From assembly GCA_050178385.1 (NCBI GenBank), contig JBFXGD010000075.1:1-15430 (forward strand): 15,430 nt of DNA, written 5' to 3'. The stretch is from Calditrichaceae bacterium. Its GTDB lineage: Bacteria; Calditrichota; Calditrichia; Calditrichales; JBFXGD01. The first letter of the stretch is position 1. Each line of letters opens with the position of its first letter. The position numbers and the translations under genes were made by a program. This document shows, one piece after another, positions 7,839 through 15,430 of this stretch. The notes under the pieces are model-generated. The model was not told the origin of the DNA, did no database searches, and saw only the letters and a list, made by a program, of their open reading frames with translations.

Positions 7839-8630
7839 CTACGATTCAGTTTTTCTTTTCATGATTATAAACAACTGATATGGCTTTTTAGGAGATAGAA
7901 ATGTATTGAATGCATCACATATGAATCCAACGGGATGGAATTTTGGATTAATCATAAATTTATGATTGCAGCTCGGACAAAGTGTAGCTACTTGGGCTGG
8001 GTTAATCCAAAATTTGGGAATCCATGATTCCGCTGGCGAAAGAGCATGTTTAATCCTTCCCAAGAATAAATTGTAACCTCTTATTTTTGTACCAAATTCA
8101 AAAGCATTCACTACCTCAAATTCACTGAATAATCCTTTAATGAATTTTAGATTTATTTTACGTAAATGATATGACCGATTAAATATAAATGAGCATTGAG
8201 GACATTTAATATAATTTTTTTCTATATTTTCATTGTTTGGAAATGTCAGATAAATGTATCTCCTGGTTAGTCTTTTTATTTCAGAGACAGTAGCCTCAAA
8301 AATATCATCCGTCAAATGTTCCAGAACTTCGCTTGAAAAAACCAAATCGAACTTGTTGGATGCTACTCCAATTTCATCTGATGATGATCTCAGTCTTTTG
8401 GTCTTTACAAAATTCAAGGCGTTTTTGCTTCTGTCAACTGCTATGACATCAAATTTTTTTCCCAGTTGGTTCGTGATTGTACCATCACCACAGCCGATGT
8501 CAATAATGTTTTGGACATCGCGGGGTATGGTCATTAAAATTTTTGTAATCTTGTCTTTCAAATGATTATCAAGGTTTGCAGCAGACCAATCAAATAATTC
8601 GTAATAATTTTTATTATCCATGATTTTCAA
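7839..8630 (-). CDS. Class I SAM-dependent methyltransferase with two CxxC motifs
   Basis: Motif I 'IIDIGCGDG', acidic motif II 'AVD' and 'FDLVFSSEVLEHL'. CPQC and CPSC lie in the C-terminal half. The start is TTG 8630 or, alternatively, ATG 8621. Confidence 0.88.
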   Translation of the reverse strand: MKIMDNKNYYELFDWSAANLDNHLKDKITKILMTIPRDVQNIIDIGCGDGTITNQLGKKFDVIAVDRSKNALNFVKTKRLRSSSDEIGVASNKFDLVFSSEVLEHLTDDIFEATVSEIKRLTRRYIYLTFPNNENIEKNYIKCPQCSFIFNRSYHLRKINLKFIKGLFSEFEVVNAFEFGTKIRGYNLFLGRIKHALSPAESWIPKFWINPAQVATLCPSCNHKFMINPKFHPVGFICDAFNTFLSPKKPYQLFIIMKRKTES

Positions 8631-8662
8631 ATTCCGGATGATTTTATAAAATAACGAGACCG

Positions 8663-9856
8663 TTAGAGTTTAATTTCTTCGTAAATTTTGATTAAGTTTT
8701 TTTCTATCTCTTCCCACCGGTACACGGACTTGATTGCATCGAATGCGTTTTTTCCCATTTTTGCCGCAAGTTGTGGGTTTTGGTACAGGTGATAAATTTT
8801 ATCTGCAAGATCGACTTCATTGGATGGTTCGTGAATCAATCCGCATTCCACCTCTTTTATCAGATTGGCCTGGGCCTCACAGTTACTCACGATGATTGGC
8901 TTTGAGAAAGCCATATATTGAAAAAGTTTGTTAGCATATGTTGTTTCATGGTGTCTGTTTTTGAGCAATGGTGAAATGCATACACTACTTGCCATAATAT
9001 AGGAAGGGAAAAATTTCATATCTTTCCATCCTAATAAATCAATATATTTTTCTAAATGTAGATTAGAAATCAAAGATTTTAAATAACCGTCATCACGGCT
9101 ATTTCCCACAATGACTAATTTAATATTTTTTATTTTGTGTTTCAGAAGATCTATAGATTTTATTGCTGATTCTAATCCTCTTCTGATACCTGTAGAACCT
9201 AAGTATAAAACGACAAAATGATTTTTGTACTCCCTGGAAATGTTCGAATAGATGGGATAACTTAAAAACGTATTCAGTCTTACCGAATTGGGCACAATAT
9301 GTATATCATTCTCACGTTTTTTGCTTTTCTTGAGAATATCTCTTTTTGCTTCATTTGTAACGACAATAGTTTTATCAACAAGATCAATAGAAGAAAACTG
9401 TTTTTTCTTCCATTTATCAAGATTTATTAAGATGTTTCCCGGAAAACTGGTAACATGTGAATATAATTTCATTATTTCTGGTCGATTTTCATGCAAATCC
9501 AAAATGATTGGGATATTTTTATTTTTCCATAATTTTAAGACAGGTTCAATGGCAACCATATCATGAACGTGGATTACATCGAATGTCATTGTTTTAAAAA
9601 AATGGCGAAGTTTTTTGTACAATATTTGATGGTAAAATGGTACCGTATATGCTAAAGGTGATAGTTTTTCATATAATAATTTGCTGAACTTATAACGATG
9701 GACGCTTATTTTGTTTATCGATTCGGATGAAGCTTTGTCACTAAAATCAAGACAGAATAAGTGTACTTCATGTCCGGCATTTATCAATGATGTAGCCTCG
9801 TTCTCAACCCGGTTATCCGGCGGGAATTCTTGGTCAAGAATCATAGCAATTTTCAA
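8663..9856 (-). CDS. Glycosyltransferase family 4 (GT-B)
   Basis: 397 aa with 'FPPDNRVENEATSL..AGHEV', 'DVIHVHD', 'LDLHEN' and the C-terminal donor-binding region 'ANKLFQYMAFSKPIIVSN'. TTG start preceded by AAGGAGA. Confidence 0.9.
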   Translation of the reverse strand: MKIAMILDQEFPPDNRVENEATSLINAGHEVHLFCLDFSDKASSESINKISVHRYKFSKLLYEKLSPLAYTVPFYHQILYKKLRHFFKTMTFDVIHVHDMVAIEPVLKLWKNKNIPIILDLHENRPEIMKLYSHVTSFPGNILINLDKWKKKQFSSIDLVDKTIVVTNEAKRDILKKSKKRENDIHIVPNSVRLNTFLSYPIYSNISREYKNHFVVLYLGSTGIRRGLESAIKSIDLLKHKIKNIKLVIVGNSRDDGYLKSLISNLHLEKYIDLLGWKDMKFFPSYIMASSVCISPLLKNRHHETTYANKLFQYMAFSKPIIVSNCEAQANLIKEVECGLIHEPSNEVDLADKIYHLYQNPQLAAKMGKNAFDAIKSVYRWEEIEKNLIKIYEEIKL

Positions 9857-9910
9857 AATATCTCCTTAAATCCTAAAATATTAAATTCATTTTGAATGAG
9901 GACAACTTAT

Positions 9911-11851
9911 CTATAATTCGGATGAATAATTTTCTAAATCAAAAACCCTCTCTTTAAAATCGTCAGACCGAATAAACATCTTTTCCCAGATCGCGATTCC
10001 AAGTACGATCCACAGATAATTATAATGCCATCTCAGTTTTGGATGCGGCGGGTAGTCCATAATCCGCCTTAAATATTTATAATTAAAAATACCCTGTTCT
10101 TCAATAAATTCTCTTGTCAAAATATTTTCTGCCACAGATTTTAAATCCTTTTTAAACTGAAGATAAGGATTAACGGTAAATCCCCATTTCTTCTTCTCAA
10201 GAATTTCATCAGGCAGGCGGGACCGCATCGCTTCTCTGAACAGGTGCTTCGTGACATTTCTCCGAATTTTCATTTCCCCGGGGACCGTGTTCATAAACTC
10301 GACAAGATCTCTGTCAAGAAACGGGACACGTAATTCAACCGAATGAGCCATGGACATCCTGTCATCGACCAGCAAATAATCATTCACCATTTTTGAATGA
10401 ATTTCAGCGTACGCGACCCGATCGACGGGTGAAATTTTTCCGTTCGGCGCGAACAATTGATCAAAATAATGATGAACAGGCGTTAATTTCTTCTTTAAGA
10501 AATCAGGATGATAAATTTCATTGAGAAAACCTGAATCATAATCCCATACATTCCGGATAATTAAATAAAACTTTTGCAGATTACCCGTGGATAGCAACAT
10601 CTGAAGTCCGCGTCTGTATTCATCAAAACGCAGGGTTCCTGATTTGTTCTGCAGCATAAAGAGTAACTGACTGAACGGCTCAAGAAAGCTTTTTTGGAAA
10701 CGGGGTGAAAGCCTTTTTAATAATGCTCCGGCCGAGTTGATATACTTATAGATATCGTATCCGATAAACAGCTCATCTCCACCAAGTCCTCCGAGAATTA
10801 CTTTATATTCCGGTGAAACAAATCGGGACATATTAAATCCCTGCAGGAGATTAATTTTCGGTTCCTCCGCGTGCCAGATGACCTCAGGAAATTGTTTGAG
10901 AGGATCAAAGGACAAGGAGGTCGTATGGTGATTCGTACCGAAATGCCCGGCGATTTTTTCGGCGTCCGGGAATTCATCTGTGTCTTCGTTAAATCCGAGG
11001 GTAAATGTATTGATTTCCGGAACATTCAGCTCATGCATCATGGCCACGATGGCTGATGAATCCATGCCGCCCGAGAGATATACGCCTATTGGAACATCAC
11101 TAAGCAGTTGCCTGCGTATGGCCTCTTTGAGATGCGAATGGATACTGTTTATTACATCTCTCTCGGAAAGTCTATAATCCGGTTTCATTTGTAGGGAATA
11201 ATAGGATTTAATATTAATCCTGTTGTTTTCATAAATTAAATAATGAGCGGGTGGAACACGGAAAATATCTTTGAATAAAGTTTCCGCACCCTGAGTATAT
11301 CTCAAATTTATCTGACTGTGAAGCGCGTCATAATTAATGCGGCGTTTGACCGCCGGATGAAGAAGGATTGATTTCTGCTCAGACGAAAAAATGAATTTAT
11401 TGTCCTTATGCCAGTAGTGAAGGGGTTTTACGCCGAAATGATCCCTTACCAGAACTAATCTTTTTTTCTTTATATCATAGAGTGCAAAAGCAAAAATACC
11501 GTTTAGATCCTTCAAAAAATTCAAACCGTATTCTTCATAGCCATGAACCAGAATTTCAGTGTCACTTGATGTTGTAAATTTATGGCCTTTATCAATGAGC
11601 CCGTTTTTAATAGACTGAAAATTATATATCTCACCGTTAAAAACAACGGCAACTGATTTATCCTCATTGAATATGGGCTGATCACCGGTAGTCAAATCGA
11701 TAATGGATAAGCGCCTGTGTCCGAGCGTGACGGGTCCGTTATTATAATATCCTGAATTATCAGGACCACGATGCGCCAACATATCGCACATTTCGATTAT
11801 CAGTTGTTTGTTATCTTTACCGCTCTCAATGATTCCGCAGATTCCGCACAT
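9911..11851 (-). CDS. asnB: Asparagine synthase (glutamine-hydrolysing)-like amidotransferase, glycan-cluster type
   Basis: 646 aa. Ntn nucleophile 'MCGICG', 'HRGPD', 'LGHRRLSIIDL', 'FNGEIYN', 'SDTE', PP-loop 'LSGGMDSS', 'GGDELF' and 'DRMSMAHSVELRVPFLD'. Confidence 0.95.
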   Translation of the reverse strand: MCGICGIIESGKDNKQLIIEMCDMLAHRGPDNSGYYNNGPVTLGHRRLSIIDLTTGDQPIFNEDKSVAVVFNGEIYNFQSIKNGLIDKGHKFTTSSDTEILVHGYEEYGLNFLKDLNGIFAFALYDIKKKRLVLVRDHFGVKPLHYWHKDNKFIFSSEQKSILLHPAVKRRINYDALHSQINLRYTQGAETLFKDIFRVPPAHYLIYENNRINIKSYYSLQMKPDYRLSERDVINSIHSHLKEAIRRQLLSDVPIGVYLSGGMDSSAIVAMMHELNVPEINTFTLGFNEDTDEFPDAEKIAGHFGTNHHTTSLSFDPLKQFPEVIWHAEEPKINLLQGFNMSRFVSPEYKVILGGLGGDELFIGYDIYKYINSAGALLKRLSPRFQKSFLEPFSQLLFMLQNKSGTLRFDEYRRGLQMLLSTGNLQKFYLIIRNVWDYDSGFLNEIYHPDFLKKKLTPVHHYFDQLFAPNGKISPVDRVAYAEIHSKMVNDYLLVDDRMSMAHSVELRVPFLDRDLVEFMNTVPGEMKIRRNVTKHLFREAMRSRLPDEILEKKKWGFTVNPYLQFKKDLKSVAENILTREFIEEQGIFNYKYLRRIMDYPPHPKLRWHYNYLWIVLGIAIWEKMFIRSDDFKERVFDLENYSSEL

Positions 11852-11855
11852 ACGT

Positions 11856-12860
11856 TTATATCCGGTTTAGTTTTTTCAAAGCGTTAAATTTTACTGGATA
11901 CATTCGTGCAATATTATAAATATGATCATAATTTTCAATTTTTAATTGAAATTGACTCAGAAAATCATTGCCGGAGATCCGTGACAGTATTTTTAGTTGG
12001 GCGTTGATTAGACGAAGATAGCCGATAGTACACGGATCGGTTTCGGGATAATGATCCATCCTGCAAAGATTAAATCTCAGCCAGTATTTCAGATCAAATT
12101 CAGGCAGCCAGTGAGTCAAACTCATCATCCCGTCGTCAAACAATTTTTTCGCGAGTAAATGTGCTTCTGTGTCAATTGATTCAGGAACAGCTCTTACAAA
12201 ATCATACAGACCGAACAGGGAAAAGAAATGTCCGTCCAGCACCATTGTCTGTCCATCAGCGACATACTCTTCATAAAATGGCAGGCCTTCACTTAAATTG
12301 GCCGTGACACCACCATCGCGGATATCAAATGTGAAGGGAATCAGCGCTTTTTTGCATACATCAAAATATTCTTTTCTGCCGGTTATTTGCCAACCCCGGA
12401 GCAGGATCGATAAACCGCGACTCTGGGCGAAGGCTGATTTCCATGGCATCGCTATTTTGTATTCCGGTTTGGGGATATCCGTCAGCCAATAGCTTCCCAG
12501 TTCAGGATCATCTGTGCGGTTATCATAAAACCAGTCCGCGATTCTCAGGAAATGGTCTTTTTTTTCGATATTGCCTGATTTCTGAAATGAAGCAAACACA
12601 GCCAGGCCGTACTGCCCGATTGAAATCGGATAATAATGCAGCCGGGGCTCATCAACATCTATATATGCTGAGTTTAAGGGGATTCCGTTATCGTCAAATG
12701 TTGAAATAAGCTGATTCAGGCGGGCCGGATCTTCATCAAATATAAAATAATATTCTCCCAATTCCTTTGAGTGTAAATTTTCAGAAATGGCAAAGGAATC
12801 CCGGTTAGTGATATCGGTCTTAAGTTTTTTAATCATGAACAGGATTTTATTTATATTCAA
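11856..12860 (-). CDS. D-glucuronyl C5-epimerase family protein (C5-epim_C domain)
   Basis: 334 aa with 'YYPISIGQYGL', 'PWKSAFAQSRGLSILLRGWQITG', 'ALIPF...GGV', 'FYEEY' and 'VLDGHFFSLFGLYD'. These correspond to the GLCE-family motifs (W.SAMAQG.A.S.L.RAY, WYEEY, VLNG...SL.GLYD). TTG start overlaps the upstream TGA, with GGGAG 7 nt upstream. Confidence 0.87.
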   Translation of the reverse strand: MNINKILFMIKKLKTDITNRDSFAISENLHSKELGEYYFIFDEDPARLNQLISTFDDNGIPLNSAYIDVDEPRLHYYPISIGQYGLAVFASFQKSGNIEKKDHFLRIADWFYDNRTDDPELGSYWLTDIPKPEYKIAMPWKSAFAQSRGLSILLRGWQITGRKEYFDVCKKALIPFTFDIRDGGVTANLSEGLPFYEEYVADGQTMVLDGHFFSLFGLYDFVRAVPESIDTEAHLLAKKLFDDGMMSLTHWLPEFDLKYWLRFNLCRMDHYPETDPCTIGYLRLINAQLKILSRISGNDFLSQFQLKIENYDHIYNIARMYPVKFNALKKLNRI

Positions 12861-14143
12861 AGAGAATCTCCCGCAAGAATCTCCGCCAATTTTTTGGATA
12901 GTTGTTTTCTGGAGTACTTGCTTGTCTCTATTTTATCGGCTTCATTTAACCGGCCGTTTTTCCAGTTTTGGAAACATGATAACAGCACATCATCGAGTGA
13001 CTGATTATGAGCGTACATTTTTCCGCTTCTGGTCTGTTCCAGTATCAATGCGGCGTCACCGTTGACCGGTCCTATCCCTATGATGTAATTTCCGGATGCC
13101 ATATACTCAAAAATTTTGCCTGTCACGATTCCCTTGTTTTCGGGAATATCCGGAATAACCAGTATAAGAAGGTCTGAATTAATCATTTGAGCGATCATTT
13201 TATCGTGAGAAATATAAGGATGAAAATTTATATATGAATCTAATTTAAGATCCGCGACCGTTATCTCGATCTCCTTATGGACGCTGCCGACGAATGAGAT
13301 CTCCATCTGATTCAGGATCTCCGTATCAAAACTTGCAAGAGATTTAAAAAAATTGTGGATGTTCTGGTCTTTTCCCAAATGGCCAAAATATTTTATTCTA
13401 AACTTCCCGGCCTGCTTTTTCTCTATAGTATCGAAATCATCCGGATCATATCCATTTGAAATTAAATGATAGTTATTAGCCGCTTTATTGCTGAAAAGCT
13501 CGATTAAAGACGGGCTGATTGTTACAATATCATCAGCTGCGCCGAGTGTTTCTTTCTCCATTTTGATGTCGCGATTCCGAGCATATTTTATACGCGTAAG
13601 ATCACTCTGCCAGAACGCGTCAACCCATGGATCTCTGTAATCGGAGATCCACCGGAGTCCGGATTTTTTTGCCAGGCGCCGGGCGATTAACTGCACGGAG
13701 TGCGGCGGAGAAGATGATAGAATGACATCAATGTTTTCGTCTTCTATAATCTTCATACCGGTTCTTACCGCGAATGGGATCCAGCCGATTTTTGCGTCAG
13801 GTATAAATACATTAGAGCGAATCCAGCGGGAGATGCGTTCTTTAATGTTCTCGTTGTGTTTTTTATTCAAAACAAATGTTGGGAGTTTCTCGTTTGTTTT
13901 CCTGCCTGTAAATCTTTTGTAAAGCGTAACCGGTTCCAGGCTGGCGGTTTTATATACCTTACAACCTTCCGGAATATCCTTAAGCAGACTTTCATCAACA
14001 GCAGGATACTCACCGCTCTCTACCGTCAATATCACCGGTTCCCAGCCGAACTCCGGGAGATATTTAGCGAATTTTAATACCCGCTGCACTCCGGGGCCCC
14101 CTGCCGGCGGCCAGTAATAGGTAATGATCAGGACTTTTTTCAT
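12857..14143 (-). CDS. Glycosyltransferase family 4 (GT-B)
   Basis: 428 aa with 'MKKVLIITYYWPPAGGPGVQRVLKFAKYLPEFGWEPVILT', 'SSPPHSV', 'WISDYRDPW', 'ISNGYD' and 'GIVTGKIFEYMASG'. Confidence 0.92.
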   Translation of the reverse strand: MKKVLIITYYWPPAGGPGVQRVLKFAKYLPEFGWEPVILTVESGEYPAVDESLLKDIPEGCKVYKTASLEPVTLYKRFTGRKTNEKLPTFVLNKKHNENIKERISRWIRSNVFIPDAKIGWIPFAVRTGMKIIEDENIDVILSSSPPHSVQLIARRLAKKSGLRWISDYRDPWVDAFWQSDLTRIKYARNRDIKMEKETLGAADDIVTISPSLIELFSNKAANNYHLISNGYDPDDFDTIEKKQAGKFRIKYFGHLGKDQNIHNFFKSLASFDTEILNQMEISFVGSVHKEIEITVADLKLDSYINFHPYISHDKMIAQMINSDLLILVIPDIPENKGIVTGKIFEYMASGNYIIGIGPVNGDAALILEQTRSGKMYAHNQSLDDVLLSCFQNWKNGRLNEADKIETSKYSRKQLSKKLAEILAGDSL

Positions 14144-14153
14144 TGTTTGAGTA

Positions 14154-15430
14154 TTATTTCTTTCTCAACAAATATTTGTATTGAAACACGAGCGACAATA
14201 GAATTGTCAGGTATAAAATTCCCACGGAAAAAGAAGCCATTTTCACATATCGGTTATACGATTCTGGTTCGAAACGCAGATCAACTTTGTGATTTCCCTT
14301 TTCTACAATTATTGACTGAATGGCATGATCCGTTTTATAAATATGTTCTACCGGATGATCATCGATCAGTACTTTCCAACCCGGAGGGTAGTACAGTTCG
14401 GAAATCACTAATAGAGAAGTTTTGTCGGTGAAGACATCAAACCGGACATGGTTGGGATTAAACTCGGTTGTCCTGCTGAAACTGCTGTCCGGAATGCTGA
14501 TATCCTTAGATAATTTTTCTTCGAGCAATGCGGTAACCGCAGGATCAAAATCCGGATCATTCAGACGCTGCAAGCGCTTGTATTCATCAGATACGACTTG
14601 CGCTGATCCGACAAAAAAAGCTCTCGGCAGCCTTGAATTATAAATATATGTGAATAATTTATTCGCGTCATCCCGGTTGACGAGCGTCAGCTCCGGATGT
14701 GATATCTGCCCCTCCAGAATGACATACTTGACGTTAAGTATTTTTAATATGTTCCAGTTCAGGGGGAAACCGGGTTCCCAGCCTTTATAAAGATTGTTTT
14801 CGATTAATTCTTCGATGGTGTACATCTTTATCGGACTGTACCCGCCGATTGTCTGGTGATGGTAGGCCCAGCGGTTGTCGCCGAATTGTTTGCCAACCGG
14901 AAATATCCGTGCGATTTCCTTGTCATTGTTCAGAAACCTGTCGGTTGTGGTTTCCGCAAAATAATTTTTTTCAATTTTATCGATATCGATGTAATCCTTA
15001 TGAACCCGTTCCTGGATATTGAGTAAATCCAATGCAATCAGGATGGTAAATAAAATGCCAAGAACAGGAAACGAAATTTTACTTTTCAAATAACCTATGA
15101 TCAGACCCGCTCCGAAAAGTAAGAGAATCAAATATCGGATCAGATCCTGTGTAAAGAATTCCTTCCTGATGGATGTGATCATGGTTAATATTTGCGGCTC
15201 GTATGACTCCCCTGGTTTTACAAAACTCATCATCTGACCGGCAAGCCACATCAATACACCGAGGCCAAAAAATCCGCTAAGAATCAACAATAAATTTTTA
15301 TGTCTTTTTAAAGCATCACCATTGAGATCTATTTCGGATAAATACTTTAATCCGAAAGCGGCGAGGAAACTAATGATAAACATGGTCACTGTAACACTCA
15401 TCATCGGGGCGCGAAATTTATTAAAAAACG
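14154..15430 (-). CDS. YfhO-family membrane protein, C-terminal part (5' end lies beyond the window)
   Basis: The frame stays open upstream of the ATG at 15404 to the window edge and reads ...FFNKFRAP-MM, a YfhO-like 'FR.P' motif. It also has 'IGGYSPIK', 'ILKILNVKYV', 'LPRAFFV' and 'LLVISELYYPPGWKVLID...GNHKVDLRFEP' followed by a final TM helix. Confidence 0.88.
   Translation of the reverse strand, partial: FFNKFRAPMMSVTVTMFIISFLAAFGLKYLSEIDLNGDALKRHKNLLLILSGFFGLGVLMWLAGQMMSFVKPGESYEPQILTMITSIRKEFFTQDLIRYLILLLFGAGLIIGYLKSKISFPVLGILFTILIALDLLNIQERVHKDYIDIDKIEKNYFAETTTDRFLNNDKEIARIFPVGKQFGDNRWAYHHQTIGGYSPIKMYTIEELIENNLYKGWEPGFPLNWNILKILNVKYVILEGQISHPELTLVNRDDANKLFTYIYNSRLPRAFFVGSAQVVSDEYKRLQRLNDPDFDPAVTALLEEKLSKDISIPDSSFSRTTEFNPNHVRFDVFTDKTSLLVISELYYPPGWKVLIDDHPVEHIYKTDHAIQSIIVEKGNHKVDLRFEPESYNRYVKMASFSVGILYLTILLSLVFQYKYLLRKK

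Noticed and set aside
9911..11851. asnB as a housekeeping asparagine biosynthesis gene or lasso-peptide cyclase
   Set aside because: It has an intact glutaminase Cys and sits between glycan genes, with no precursor peptide or B-protein nearby. Glycan amidation is the more parsimonious reading.
12863..12884. Short direct repeat AGAATCTCC x2 at the 3' end of the GT4 gene
   Set aside because: Only 9 nt and inside coding sequence. One copy overlaps the epimerase SD. No sign of a target-site duplication or an array.
4761..14643. Remaining short ORFs (61-103 aa) overlapping the kinase and the glycan genes
   Set aside because: All overlap well-supported CDSs on the opposite strand or in another frame and show no domain signatures.
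1..15430. CRISPR arrays, tRNA/rRNA genes, IS elements, integrases or defence systems
   Set aside because: No repeat-spacer periodicity, no intergenic space or signatures for structural RNAs, and no transposase, recombinase or nuclease motifs in any ORF.

Overview
Bacterial genomic window, moderately AT-rich, with two convergent gene blocks. The + strand carries recO, an alpha2-type glycyl-tRNA synthetase (glyQS), an uncharacterised ~10-TM membrane protein and a soluble PAS-HisKA-HATPase-REC hybrid histidine kinase. The - strand carries the distal part of a surface-glycan operon: a YfhO-family membrane protein (truncated by the window edge), a GT4, a D-glucuronyl C5-epimerase-family protein, an AsnB-type amidotransferase, a second GT4, a SAM methyltransferase with two CxxC motifs, a Wzx-type flippase and a DegT/WbpE-type aminotransferase, ending at a shared hairpin terminator. 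The most interesting items are (i) a cytoplasmic GLCE-like C5-epimerase with an altered active-site signature, packed with amidation, amination and methylation genes and a YfhO GT-C-like protein; (ii) the membrane protein and kinase, which fuse into one 875-aa receptor kinase if one A is added to (or a -1 slip occurs in) the A6 run before the stop codon; and (iii) two perfect 7-1-7 intergenic palindromes. No RNA genes, CRISPR arrays or mobile elements were recognised. All assignments come from motif recognition by eye; no searches were run.
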